Shown here: positions 40,848 to 50,995 of the stretch, piece by piece
How positions within the stretch are numbered: the stretch's first letter is position 1
Layout of the letters: each line of letters starts with the position of its first letter
Source: Actinomycetota bacterium
GTDB lineage: Bacteria; Actinomycetota; Humimicrobiia; Humimicrobiales; Humimicrobiaceae
NCBI GenBank assembly: GCA_028698215.1
Contig: JAQVDY010000004.1
Location: 481 to 64,480, forward strand
Reading direction: 5' to 3'
DNA length: 64,000 nt
Notes under the pieces: generated by a model
Database searches by the model: none
The model's input: the letters and a program-made list of their open reading frames with translations, nothing else
What the model was told of the DNA's origin: nothing
Position numbers and translations under genes: made by a program

Positions 40848-42037
40848 TGGGGATAAAAGTTTTAGAAGATAAATGTACCGGCTGCGGCTTATGCCTTAAA
40901 TCATGCCTTTACCAGGCCATAGATATAAAGAATAAAGTAGCGGTAATTAATGATAGCTGCATATTATGTGGAGCTTGTGTCCCGGCCTGTAAATTTCAAG
41001 CAATCCAGCTAACTACAAAAGAATCCATCAAAGACTTCCCCGATTATAGGGGGTTTATGGTATTTTTAGAAACCAAGGATGGGCGGATCAAGGATTCAGG
41101 CCTGGAACTATTAAGTAAAACCCGCCAATTGAATAAAATTTTAAATACAAATATTTGTGGAGTATGCATGGGAGCCAGCCAGGATCAACTCCATTTGCCT
41201 TTCAAATTTGGGGCAGATAAAGTTTTTGCTTTTAATAGTGACGGATGGGAGCAAGGCATGGATGATACCTACAGCCAGGCTCTTTTCCAAATCATAGGAG
41301 AGGTAAAACCGGAAATATTTTTGGCAGCAGCCACCTCGTTTGGAAGGACATTGACCCCTAAACTGGCTGCTATGCTTAAGACTGGATTGACTGCTGATTG
41401 TACCGAGCTGGAAGTTGATAAGGATACTAGGCTTTTAAAACAGACCAGGCCCACTTTTGGGGGCAATGTTTTGGCCACTATTGTCTGCAAGAACTCCCGG
41501 CCCCAGATGGCTACGGTACGGCCTCATGTTTTTAAAAAGGTTGAACTTGGGGCAAAGCCGGAACAGATAGAGATGGTGCCCTTAAAAAAGGCAGGATTGG
41601 TAAACCGGCAAAAACTGCTAGACGTTGACCATAACCTGGACCAGGATATAAACTTGGCTGACTATGAAGTAATTGTTGCCGGGGGCAGGGGGATGGGCGG
41701 CAGTCAAAATTTTTCCTTGTTAAGAGAACTGGCAGACTTATTGAAAGGCACGGTAGCCGCTTCCAGGGCAGCAGTAGACGCTGGCTGGATTGCTTATCCC
41801 CATCAAGTAGGCCAAACCGGAAAAACAGTTAACCCCAAACTATATATTGCCTGTGGAATATCCGGAGCTATCCAGCACCTGGCAGGAATGCAGACTTCAG
41901 ATATAATTATAGCCATAAACAAAGATAGTTCGGCTCCTATATTTAAAGTTGCAAATTATGGAATTGTGGGGGATATTTTGGAAATAGTACCAAAGTTGAT
42001 TTCAAGGATAAAACAAGGTCTATCCTTAGTAGATTAG
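40847..42037 (+). CDS. etfA: Electron transfer flavoprotein alpha subunit with N-terminal 2[4Fe-4S] ferredoxin domain
   Basis: CTGCGLCLKSC and CILCGACVPAC; TADCT, TRPTFGG, QVGQTGK, GISGAIQHLAG. Confidence 0.96.
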   Translation: MGIKVLEDKCTGCGLCLKSCLYQAIDIKNKVAVINDSCILCGACVPACKFQAIQLTTKESIKDFPDYRGFMVFLETKDGRIKDSGLELLSKTRQLNKILNTNICGVCMGASQDQLHLPFKFGADKVFAFNSDGWEQGMDDTYSQALFQIIGEVKPEIFLAAATSFGRTLTPKLAAMLKTGLTADCTELEVDKDTRLLKQTRPTFGGNVLATIVCKNSRPQMATVRPHVFKKVELGAKPEQIEMVPLKKAGLVNRQKLLDVDHNLDQDINLADYEVIVAGGRGMGGSQNFSLLRELADLLKGTVAASRAAVDAGWIAYPHQVGQTGKTVNPKLYIACGISGAIQHLAGMQTSDIIIAINKDSSAPIFKVANYGIVGDILEIVPKLISRIKQGLSLVD

Positions 42038-42673
42038 TATTTTTTCAATTTGCTTAAACCAGAAGGCAAAATCATTATTTGTAATGAACTGGCTATACAT
42101 AGGTTCCATTTGGGTTAAAATTGAGGCTAAAACAGTTTCCAGATGTACGCTATGGCCTAATTGAACGCTAATGGAGGTAGATGTATCCTCATAAGGTTTC
42201 AGGTGTTTAGAGGCCAAATTTACATTTAATCCCATTCCCAAATTCACATATAAATTATCCTTTATATTTTCGGGCTCTACCAGTATACCCCCCAGTTTCC
42301 TGTTACAGCAATAAAGGTCATTAGGCCATTTAATAATTATTTTTAAGCCATATCTAATTTGCAATGCCCGGGCGGCGGCATAAGCAAAAAGAAGGGTAAT
42401 CTGGGGCATGTTTCTGGGCTTAAGGTTTGGTTTTAATATAAGGGTAAAATAAAGGCCACCTGGCGGAGAAACCCATTCTGCCCCCAGCTTTCCCCTGCCC
42501 CTGGTTTGCTGGCCGGCAGCTATGACCATGCCTTCAGTTATATGTTCAGCTTTTTTTTCTAAAAGGGAAGCATAGTTATTGGTAGAATCGATGCTGGTAA
42601 AATATTTGATATCCTTTCCCAGCCAGGAGGTGTTTAATTTTTGATTATATAATGTTACATTAAAATCGTTCAT
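42026..42673 (-). CDS. birA: Biotin-protein ligase, catalytic domain only (no HTH, no evident C-terminal domain)
   Basis: IDSTN, QTRGRGK.G..W.SP, KWPNDL, KLGGIL, GLNVN; ATG at 42673 preferred over the ORF-track start at 42736. Confidence 0.85.
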   Translation of the reverse strand: MNDFNVTLYNQKLNTSWLGKDIKYFTSIDSTNNYASLLEKKAEHITEGMVIAAGQQTRGRGKLGAEWVSPPGGLYFTLILKPNLKPRNMPQITLLFAYAAARALQIRYGLKIIIKWPNDLYCCNRKLGGILVEPENIKDNLYVNLGMGLNVNLASKHLKPYEDTSTSISVQLGHSVHLETVLASILTQMEPMYSQFITNNDFAFWFKQIEKILIY

Positions 42674-42797
42674 TAAAAATATATATTTTTTTAAAATAAG
42701 GCAAACATAGTATACTTGATTATAGCTATTTGCCAAATTTTATAAAGAAAAGACAAATGATACAGATTATGGAGCATAAACATCTTAGGAGAGTGTA

Positions 42798-43913
42798 ATG
42801 AAAGATAGCAGGATCAATAAACTGGCCAGTGGCTTGACAGGTTATTCATGCCAGGTAAAAAAAGGGCAGAGGGTGCTGATAGAATGCGTGGGCAGTTCAG
42901 CTTTCCCTTTGGTAAAAGCATTAATTTCTAAAGTATATGAAATAGGGGCCGAACCCTATGTTGATTTATTGGATAACAGCATCAAGAGAGAGCTGCTCAA
43001 ACACAACACTAAAGAACAGCTTGATTTTATGGCTGAATATGATTTGGTAAAAATGAAAGGAATGGATGCCTTTATAGGCATAAGGGCCAGCGATAATGCC
43101 AATGAGTGGGGTGATATTAATCCAAAAAACATCAATTCTTACATGAAACACTATGTAGATCCAGTAAACAAGGTAAGGATTAACCACACTAACTGGGTGA
43201 TATTAAAATATCCCAACCAGTCATTAGCGCAGCTGGCCGGAACCAGTTTGGAAACTTTTGAGGACTTCTTCTTTAAAGTATGCAATTTGGATTATTCTAA
43301 AATGTCGGCGGCAATGGATAATTTAGTAAAACTCATGGATAAAACAGACAAGGTAAGGATAGTAGGGCCTGGTACCGATATTAGATTTTCCATAAAAGGT
43401 ATACCGTCCATAAAATGTGCAGGTCAACACAATATACCTGATGGTGAAGTATTTACCGCCCCCGTAAGGGATTCAGTTGATGGTACTATTAGCTATAATA
43501 CCCCTGCGGTATACCAGGGATTTACCTATGAAAATATAAGCTTTACATTCAAGCAGGGAAAAATTGTAAAAGCTACTGCCAGCGACAGCAAGCGTCTTAA
43601 TCAGGTACTGGATACAGATGAAGGAGCAAGGTATATAGGAGAGTTTGCTTTGGGGGTAAACCCTTATATTGTAAAACCCATGAAAGATATTCTTTTTGAT
43701 GAAAAAATAAGGGGAAGCTTCCACTTCACCCCGGGAGAATGCTACAAAGAAGCTTCCAACGGCAATGATTCTGCCATACACTGGGATCTTATCAGTATAC
43801 AGACCAGGGAGATGGGAGGGGGAGAGATTTATTTTGACGATATTCTCATCCGCAAAGATGGCATGTTTACTCTTAAAAAACTGGAGGGTTTAAACCCTGA
43901 AAACCTGTCTTAA
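42798..43913 (+). CDS. Aminopeptidase, M29 (AmpS/AmpT) family
   Basis: NIPDGEVFTAP, GEFALG, ILFDEKI.GSFH..PG, SAIHWDL. Confidence 0.92.
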   Translation: MKDSRINKLASGLTGYSCQVKKGQRVLIECVGSSAFPLVKALISKVYEIGAEPYVDLLDNSIKRELLKHNTKEQLDFMAEYDLVKMKGMDAFIGIRASDNANEWGDINPKNINSYMKHYVDPVNKVRINHTNWVILKYPNQSLAQLAGTSLETFEDFFFKVCNLDYSKMSAAMDNLVKLMDKTDKVRIVGPGTDIRFSIKGIPSIKCAGQHNIPDGEVFTAPVRDSVDGTISYNTPAVYQGFTYENISFTFKQGKIVKATASDSKRLNQVLDTDEGARYIGEFALGVNPYIVKPMKDILFDEKIRGSFHFTPGECYKEASNGNDSAIHWDLISIQTREMGGGEIYFDDILIRKDGMFTLKKLEGLNPENLS

Positions 43914-43937
43914 ACTTATTATTTTATCAGTCAAATA

Positions 43938-43979
43938 AAAACAGCAGGCTGTGGCCAGGAAGCGGCAGTTTGCTGTTTT
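43938..43979 (+). terminator. Putative intrinsic terminator after the aminopeptidase gene
   Basis: 14-bp stem AAAACAGCAGGCTG / CAGTTTGCTGTTTT with two G-U pairs, ending in a U-run. Confidence 0.55.
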
Positions 43980-44035
43980 AATATTGAAACCATGCCTAAG
44001 ACTGGCCGTCTAATTAACCAAAGAAATATTAGAAG

Positions 44036-44467
44036 GTGTCAATAATGCTAAATCAAGAACAAATTAAAGATATTATTCCTCACCGGGAGCCTTTCCTGCT
44101 GGTGGACCAAGTAGTAAAGTTAGAACCAGGAAAGCGTATTAAGGCCTTAAAGAAAATAAGGGGAGATGAATATTTTTTCAAGGGCCATTTTCCTTCCAAC
44201 CCCATTATGCCGGGAGTGTTGATTGTGGAGGCTATGGCCCAGGCCGGGGCAATAGCCCTGCTAACCCTAGAAGAGCACAAGGGCAAGTTAGCCCTTTTTG
44301 CCGGCATAGAGAAGGTGAGGTTTAAACAGTTGGTAAAGCCTGGGGATATACTAACCATGGAAGTTGAATTATTGAATTTAAGAAGAACAATTGGCCGGGC
44401 TAAAGCTGAAGCCAGGGTAGCAGGCAAGCTGGCCTGCAGCGGAGAAATAATGTTTGCTATAGTTTGA
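44036..44467 (+). CDS. fabZ: 3-hydroxyacyl-ACP dehydratase
   Basis: [37 protein letters not shown]. Confidence 0.97.
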   Translation: MSIMLNQEQIKDIIPHREPFLLVDQVVKLEPGKRIKALKKIRGDEYFFKGHFPSNPIMPGVLIVEAMAQAGAIALLTLEEHKGKLALFAGIEKVRFKQLVKPGDILTMEVELLNLRRTIGRAKAEARVAGKLACSGEIMFAIV

Positions 44468-44480
44468 TTGAAAGGAAATA

Positions 44481-45443
44481 ATGAAAAAAACAGCATTAAT
44501 GTTTCCTGGACAAGGATCCCAGTATCAGGGAATGGGGATAAAATTTTTAGAGGATAATCCAAAATATATGGCCTACATAAAGCAATGCAATCAGGCCATG
44601 GGCATAGATATTTTAGAGATAATTGCTGAGCAGCCCCATACTTTAAGCCAAACAGAATACAGCCAGCCTGCCATATACAGTTTAAGTTGCGCCTATTATG
44701 ATTACCTTAAAGAGAACACCAGTTTAGCCATACAAGCAGATGCGGTAATTGGCCATAGCCTGGGTGATTACAGCGCTTTATATGCCAGCGGGGGATGTAG
44801 TTTTTATGAAGGCCTAAACCTGGTTATTTACCGGTCAAAAATTATGGCTGAACAAAACCATCTAAATCCCGGCATGATGGCAGCAGTCCTTGGCCAGGAA
44901 TATACTATGGTAGAAGAGCTCATAAAAGAATTAAAGATTAATATATATATAGCCAATTATAATAGTCATAATCAAATTGTATTAAGCGGCCTCAAACAGG
45001 ACATGGTTAAGGCTATAGAACAGCTTAAACATAACGGGGTTAGAAAAATTTTACCCTTGAAAGTTGGGGCATCCTCTCATTGCCCCTTAATGGAACCGGT
45101 AGCCCGGAAATTAAAGTCCTATTTGAATAACAATTTAACTATTGGTGATTTAAATATTCCCTTTTTCTCTTCAAGTGGTAAAAAATGGATAGTTGCGGAA
45201 GAGGTCAAAGAAATTTTGGAAAAACAGCTAATAACCCCTATAAATTGGCTGGATTCAGTAATTAAATTGCTAAATGAAGGTTTTAACGCTTTTGTTGAAA
45301 TTGGGCCCAAGAACGTACTGGCAAGCCTGGTGCTTAGAATTAGCCAAAGTGAAAGAAATAGTATAGAGGTATTTGATTTTGAAGATAACCTGGATACTTT
45401 ATTAAATGATTTTAAAAACAAGGAAGGGACAGATGAAGCTTAA
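44481..45443 (+). CDS. fabD: Malonyl-CoA:ACP transacylase
   Basis: FPGQGSQ, GHSLGDY, ANYN, SHCPLM, EIGP. Confidence 0.95.
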   Translation: MKKTALMFPGQGSQYQGMGIKFLEDNPKYMAYIKQCNQAMGIDILEIIAEQPHTLSQTEYSQPAIYSLSCAYYDYLKENTSLAIQADAVIGHSLGDYSALYASGGCSFYEGLNLVIYRSKIMAEQNHLNPGMMAAVLGQEYTMVEELIKELKINIYIANYNSHNQIVLSGLKQDMVKAIEQLKHNGVRKILPLKVGASSHCPLMEPVARKLKSYLNNNLTIGDLNIPFFSSSGKKWIVAEEVKEILEKQLITPINWLDSVIKLLNEGFNAFVEIGPKNVLASLVLRISQSERNSIEVFDFEDNLDTLLNDFKNKEGTDEA

Positions 45444-46179
45444 AGATAAAGTTTGTCTAATAACCGGAGGAGCCCGAGGCATCGGCAGGAGCATAGCGGA
45501 GTCTTTCTTGGAGGAAGGCGCCCAGGTAATTATATTTGATTTGGACCAAAAGCAGGGCCAGATAACCCAAAAAGAACTTAACCAAAAATTTGGATCAAAG
45601 CGTGTCCATTATTTCCATGTAGATATTTCCAATGAAGAAGATGTGGAGCTTAACCTGGAAAAGATTACCGGCATTTTCCACAATATTGATATATTGGTTA
45701 ATAATGCGGGAATTACCAGGGATAACCTGATGATGAGAATGCCGTTGAAGGATTGGAAACAGGTATTAGACATTAACTTAACCGGAGCTTTCCTGCTGTG
45801 CAAAAATGTAGTTAGGAATATGATTAAGAACCGCAAGGGGAAGATAATAAATATATCTTCCATAGTGGGCTTACACGGCAATCTGGGTCAGGCTAACTAT
45901 GCTGCAGCTAAAGCGGGGCTCATTGGCTTGACCAAGTCTTTAGCTAAAGAGCTGGCTGCTAAAAATATTCAGGTAAATGCAGTGGCACCGGGCTATATAG
46001 ATACTGCCATGACTGAAAACCTTAAAGATGAGGTTAAACAAAAAATTTTAGATTTAGTACCTGCAAAAAGATTAGGCTCAGTAGAAGATGTGGCCAAGGC
46101 TATAGTTTTTTTAGCCAGCAGCGATTCTGATTATATTACAGGAACAGTACTGAATGTTGATGGTGGAATGGGGATATAG
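45433..46179 (+). CDS. fabG: 3-oxoacyl-ACP reductase
   Basis: TGGARGIG, NNAGITRD, YAAAK, VAPGYIDT; ATG at 45433 follows AGGAAGGG. Confidence 0.95.
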   Translation: MKLKDKVCLITGGARGIGRSIAESFLEEGAQVIIFDLDQKQGQITQKELNQKFGSKRVHYFHVDISNEEDVELNLEKITGIFHNIDILVNNAGITRDNLMMRMPLKDWKQVLDINLTGAFLLCKNVVRNMIKNRKGKIINISSIVGLHGNLGQANYAAAKAGLIGLTKSLAKELAAKNIQVNAVAPGYIDTAMTENLKDEVKQKILDLVPAKRLGSVEDVAKAIVFLASSDSDYITGTVLNVDGGMGI

Positions 46180-46190
46180 AAAGGAAATAT

Positions 46191-47447
46191 ATGGAAAATA
46201 ACTGTAAACAAAAAAGAGTAGTGGTTACAGGTTTGGGAGTTATTACTGCTTTGGGGTTAGATGTCGAAACTTACTGGAATAGTCTTATAGAGGGAAAATC
46301 AGGAGTAAGCACTATTGAGGGTTTTGATTTGGATAAGATATCCTCAAAGATAGCTGCCCAGATTAAAAATTTCAATCCTGATGACTATATGGAGTTAAAA
46401 TTATCTAAAAGAATGGACCGTTTTGCTCAGTTTGCCTATGCTGCTGCAGCCCAGGCTATCAAAGACAGCACCATGGTTATAAATCAGGAAAACGGCCACC
46501 AGGTAGGAGTGTATATTGGCAGCGGGGTAGGGGGGCTGGGCACCCTGGAATTGCAGCATACCAGGATGATACAGAAGGGTGCAAACAGGGTAAGCCCATT
46601 TCTCATCCCTATGATTATTAGCAATATGGCTGCAGCACAGGTATCTATCATGAGTGGAGCCAGGGGGCCGGTAAGCACTACTACTACTGCCTGTGCAGCA
46701 GGCTCAAATGCTATTGGAGATGCATTTGAAATTATAAGGAGGGGAGCAGCAGAAGTAATGATTGCCGGAGGCAGCGAAGCACCTATAACTCCTCTGGGTA
46801 TGAGCGGTTTTTCTAACATGAATGCTTTATCTACCAGGAATTCTGAACCACAGAAAGCTTCCAGGCCTTTTGACCGGGATAGGGATGGATTTGTAATGGG
46901 GGAAGGCTGCGGAATATTGATTTTGGAGGATATGGAATATGCCCTGGGCAGGGGAGCTAAAATATATGCTGAAATGTTTGGTTACGGCCTTTCCGGCGAA
47001 GCATACCACATGACAGCTTTAGAACAATCTGGACAAAACGTGGCCAGGTGTATGGGTAACTGTTTGGAACAAGGCAATATCGAACCAAGTGAAGTCGACT
47101 ATATAAATGCCCATGGAACCTCTACCCCTTTAAATGACATAGTGGAAAGCACAGCTATTGAAAGACTGTTCGGCACTTATACCGATAACATAAATATAAG
47201 CTCTACCAAATCCATGACCGGTCACTGCCTGGGAGCCGCAGGAGCCATAGAAGCAGTAGCTTCAGTACTGGCTCTGGTAAATGAAGTTATTCCTCCTACC
47301 ATAAACCTGGATAATCCTGACAGCCAATGCCGCTTAAATTACACCCCCCATGTCAGGGTGGAAAGGAAAGTAAGGGTTGCTTTATCTAATTCAATGGGTT
47401 TTGGGGGCCACAATGTATGTCTGGGGTTTAAAAAATGGGAACAATAA
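46191..47447 (+). CDS. fabF: 3-oxoacyl-ACP synthase II
   Basis: TACAAG (Cys), NAHGTST and GHCLGAAG (His pair), SNSMGFGG. Confidence 0.97.
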   Translation: MENNCKQKRVVVTGLGVITALGLDVETYWNSLIEGKSGVSTIEGFDLDKISSKIAAQIKNFNPDDYMELKLSKRMDRFAQFAYAAAAQAIKDSTMVINQENGHQVGVYIGSGVGGLGTLELQHTRMIQKGANRVSPFLIPMIISNMAAAQVSIMSGARGPVSTTTTACAAGSNAIGDAFEIIRRGAAEVMIAGGSEAPITPLGMSGFSNMNALSTRNSEPQKASRPFDRDRDGFVMGEGCGILILEDMEYALGRGAKIYAEMFGYGLSGEAYHMTALEQSGQNVARCMGNCLEQGNIEPSEVDYINAHGTSTPLNDIVESTAIERLFGTYTDNINISSTKSMTGHCLGAAGAIEAVASVLALVNEVIPPTINLDNPDSQCRLNYTPHVRVERKVRVALSNSMGFGGHNVCLGFKKWEQ

Positions 47448-48205
47448 CCTGCCGCCAATGTAATAGCCGGATGGATCAAAAAGAGTTTGTAAATAACTTT
47501 AAAGTATGTCTTAAATGTGGGCACCACAGTCCCTTGACGGCTTTAGAAAGAATAGACCTTACTGTTGATGAGGATAGTTTCAGGGAGCTGGCTTCTAATA
47601 TTAATTCTTTGGATTTTTTAAAATTCCAGGATATTAAGCCTTATTCTGATAGGCTGGTAGAAGCCCGGTCTAAAAGTGGAATGGATGAAGCCATTATGGT
47701 GGGAACAGCCCGGCTGGACAACCGGCCCATAGCTTTAGGGGTCATGGATTTTGCCTATATGGGGGGTAGTATGGGCAGTGTAGTTGGGGAAAAGATTAAG
47801 CTGTTAAGTGATCATGCTATCAAAGATAGGCTTCCTTTAATCATAATTACCGCTTCCGGAGGAGCCCGGATGCAGGAAGGGATCATGTCCTTGATGCAGA
47901 TGGCAAAAACAGTTTCCTGCATCCGAAGGCTGGGCGAGGAAAGGCTGCCTTTCTTTTCAGTAATTACCCACCCTACTACCGGGGGGGTAAGTGCCAGTTT
48001 TGCTTCTATTGCAGATATTATTATAGCTGAGCCCGGTGCCTTATTCTGTTTTGCAGGTCCGCGTGTGGTTCAGCAAACTATAAAAAAAGACCTTCCCCCT
48101 GATTTCGGGACAGCTGAAAGGGATTTGTCACATGGTTTGATTGATATTATTGTAGAAAGAAGCCGGTTAAGACCTGCCCTTATAAAAATATTAAATTTTT
48201 TCTAA
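47435..48205 (+). CDS. accD: Acetyl-CoA carboxylase carboxyltransferase beta
   Basis: Zn finger CRQC/CLKC, MGGSMGSVVGE, SGGARMQEG, PTTGGVSASFA. Confidence 0.96.
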   Translation: MGTITCRQCNSRMDQKEFVNNFKVCLKCGHHSPLTALERIDLTVDEDSFRELASNINSLDFLKFQDIKPYSDRLVEARSKSGMDEAIMVGTARLDNRPIALGVMDFAYMGGSMGSVVGEKIKLLSDHAIKDRLPLIIITASGGARMQEGIMSLMQMAKTVSCIRRLGEERLPFFSVITHPTTGGVSASFASIADIIIAEPGALFCFAGPRVVQQTIKKDLPPDFGTAERDLSHGLIDIIVERSRLRPALIKILNFF

Positions 48206-48214
48206 AAGGCCCAT

Positions 48215-49201
48215 ATGGAATTAAAGGATTTAAAAAACATACCAGGACACTATTTAAAAGATACGCTAAAAGCTTTTTTGAGACTGGAAAAACTAAAAGA
48301 ATTTTCTTTGTTTAGAAGTTCCCATTTTACGCAGGCTGAAAAAGAATTATTGGATAAGGTACAAAACTACAGGAAAGTGGAAAAAGGGGCTTTAAAAGTT
48401 TGGAATATTGTTCAACTGTCCAGGGATGAAAGAAGGCCTCAGACCCTGGATTACATTAAAGGAATATTTGATGATTTTGTAGAGCTTAAAGGAGATCGTC
48501 TAGGCCAGGATGACCAATCAATAATTACAGGTTTGGCCCGGCTTGGCACCCTTACTGTAGCCGTGGTAGGCCATAATAAGGGTAGGGATATCAAAGAAAG
48601 AGTAAAATATAATTTTGGTATGAGCAGTCCATCTGGGTATAGGAAATCACAAAGGATAATGAATATGGCCCAAAAGTTTAATTTTCCAGTGATTACTTTT
48701 ATAGATACTCCGGGAGCTTATCCGGCCATAGAAGCCGAAGATCAAGGGCAGGCAACAGCGATCGCAAAAAGCATAGAGCTTATGTTTGAAATTACTGTAC
48801 CGGTCATAACTATACTGATTGGGGAAGGAGGCAGCGGAGGTGCCCTGGCTATGGCCATTGGCAATAGGGTTATGATGCTGCAGAATTCCACCTATTCAGT
48901 AATATCCCCGGAAGGGTGCGCTGCTATTCTGTGGAAGGATCCTGCAGGTTCCAAATTAGCGGCCAGGGCCTTAAAAATAACGGCTAAAGATCTTTACCGT
49001 TTAGGAATAATTGATAAGGTAATACCTGAGCCTTGGGGAGGGGCTCAAAACAATATGCCTAGAACGGTGAGAATTGTTAAAAAGTATTTGGGGCTTAGCC
49101 TGAGGGAATTATTGGATAAAAAAGGAAGTCAGTTAAAAAAGGAAAGAGCAGAAAAATTTGAATCTATGGGTTTTTTTTCAGAGCCGCCTAATTCCCAATA
49201 A
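48215..49201 (+). CDS. accA: Acetyl-CoA carboxylase carboxyltransferase alpha
   Basis: RPQTLDYI, IDTPGAYP, GEGGSGGALA, YSVISPEGCAAILWK. Confidence 0.96.
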   Translation: MELKDLKNIPGHYLKDTLKAFLRLEKLKEFSLFRSSHFTQAEKELLDKVQNYRKVEKGALKVWNIVQLSRDERRPQTLDYIKGIFDDFVELKGDRLGQDDQSIITGLARLGTLTVAVVGHNKGRDIKERVKYNFGMSSPSGYRKSQRIMNMAQKFNFPVITFIDTPGAYPAIEAEDQGQATAIAKSIELMFEITVPVITILIGEGGSGGALAMAIGNRVMMLQNSTYSVISPEGCAAILWKDPAGSKLAARALKITAKDLYRLGIIDKVIPEPWGGAQNNMPRTVRIVKKYLGLSLRELLDKKGSQLKKERAEKFESMGFFSEPPNSQ

Positions 49202-50993
49202 ATATGATTACGGTGGAGTTTAAAAATACAGAATCCCCAGCCGCAGGATATTGGAATAGAATTAAACCTTTTTGCACTGAATATGCGGAGGTAATTTCTT
49301 TCACTTCGTATTTAAGGGTGATAGAGCCCAGAGCTTCTGCTGCCTGGGTAAGGTTCATTTGATAAAGATTGGGAACATTAACCATTTCCTGGTTGGTGGC
49401 AATATAAATTTTTACAATGCTGCCTATTTCTACCGCAGAACCAGGCTGAGGCAGGGTTTCTATTACTGACCCTGGAGTATAGCTGTAATGGGTTACCATT
49501 TCTGTATCTAAATTTAGTCCCAATGATTGTAGCTGGCTGGCCACATAGGGGTAATCCTCTCCTATAATATTAGGTATAGTTACCATTTGAGGTCCTGTTC
49601 CTATAGTAACATTGATCTCGCTGCCCTTTTCTATTATCTGCCCGTAAGAGGGTTCCTGTCCTATGATCTTGGTATCGCTCCCTGGGCTGGAAGTTTCTTC
49701 GTCTATAATACCCACCTCTAACTGCAGGCTGTTTATAATATCTTTTGCTTCCTCCATGCTCAAACCGATTAGGTTGGGAACAGTTATTGGTTTAGGCTCT
49801 GGCCCCTGGCTTACCACTACATTTACCGTGCCAGGTCCGTCCATCATGGTTAAAGCAGGGGGCTTTTGTGAAATTATGGTATCTTCAGTTATAGTTTCAT
49901 TATATTGATACTCAGCCTCAATCTCTATTTTATTTTCAGATAAAAAATGCCTAACAGTGCTGTAGTCCATACCTGCCAGATCAGGAAGCTGATAAGGTTC
50001 ATTGTAGCTTTTAATTTTAATGAAATTTAATGCAAAAAATATGGTGGTAATGGCCAATATCAGGGTTGCTGCCATCAAAATTAAATCCAACACTTTTAGG
50101 GGACCCACTGTCTTCCTAAACCACCGAGACCGGAGACCAGTTTTTTTCAAACTTACTTGATCTATGGAAAGAGGCCTGGCTTCAAGATACCGGAAAAGGT
50201 CCTTTTTTAAATGGCTAATTGAAGGATATCTATTTTCCCGGTCCTTCTGGAGACACCGCATAACTATTCTTTCCAAAGGCAAGGGAATATCCGGTACCAT
50301 CAAGGAGGGTTTGGCCGGAATCTCATTAATATGTTTTAAGCTTATATCCACGCTGCTTTCGCCCCTAAAAGGAAGGTCCGCAGTAATCATTTCATACAAG
50401 ACTACTCCCAGGGAATATATATCAGAGCGGGCATCCAAGGATTTTCCCATAGCCTGTTCTGGTGATATATAGTTAGCGGTACCAATTATATTCATGGTTT
50501 TGGTAGCATCATCTATGGCTTCTTTGGCAATTCCAAAGTCAGTTACCTTGACTGTATTTTCCAAAGTTATCAATATGTTTTGAGGTTTAATGTCACGATG
50601 GATAAGGCTATTGCTGTGTGCTGCTTCCAAAGCCTGGCATATCTGTATTCCATATCTGGCCGCTTCCCGGGGTAAAATAATGCCTCTTCTGTCAATTATT
50701 TCCTTTAGGCTGTAACCTTCAATATATTCCATACAGATAAAATAGGATCCATTATACTGGCCCCAGTCATAAACCATAACTATATTGGGATGGTTAAGTT
50801 TAGCCAGTATCTGGGCTTCATGTTTAAATCTGGCCACAAAATTTTTGTTTTGGGCATAGTTTTCGGCTAATATTTTAACAGCAACTTTGCGGTCCAGCTT
50901 GGTATCTTGGGCCAGATATACATCAGCCATGCCTCCGCTGGCTATTTTATTGATTATTTTATACCTGTTGGCTACCAGAACAGATTGATCCAT
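49188..50993 (-). CDS. pknB: PASTA-domain Ser/Thr protein kinase (PknB/PrkC), four PASTA repeats
   Basis: GGMADVY, VAVK, HRDIKPQN, DFGIA; one TM; four PASTA starts (LPDL, VPNL, IPNI, VPNL). Confidence 0.95.
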   Translation of the reverse strand: MDQSVLVANRYKIINKIASGGMADVYLAQDTKLDRKVAVKILAENYAQNKNFVARFKHEAQILAKLNHPNIVMVYDWGQYNGSYFICMEYIEGYSLKEIIDRRGIILPREAARYGIQICQALEAAHSNSLIHRDIKPQNILITLENTVKVTDFGIAKEAIDDATKTMNIIGTANYISPEQAMGKSLDARSDIYSLGVVLYEMITADLPFRGESSVDISLKHINEIPAKPSLMVPDIPLPLERIVMRCLQKDRENRYPSISHLKKDLFRYLEARPLSIDQVSLKKTGLRSRWFRKTVGPLKVLDLILMAATLILAITTIFFALNFIKIKSYNEPYQLPDLAGMDYSTVRHFLSENKIEIEAEYQYNETITEDTIISQKPPALTMMDGPGTVNVVVSQGPEPKPITVPNLIGLSMEEAKDIINSLQLEVGIIDEETSSPGSDTKIIGQEPSYGQIIEKGSEINVTIGTGPQMVTIPNIIGEDYPYVASQLQSLGLNLDTEMVTHYSYTPGSVIETLPQPGSAVEIGSIVKIYIATNQEMVNVPNLYQMNLTQAAEALGSITLKYEVKEITSAYSVQKGLILFQYPAAGDSVFLNSTVIIFIGN

Positions 50994-50995
50994 TA

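Noticed and set aside
44481-45443. FabD SSHC motif as a sign of methylmalonyl specificity
   Set aside because: An SHC motif also occurs in ordinary FabD (E. coli has PSHC, from memory); PKS specificity codes do not transfer reliably
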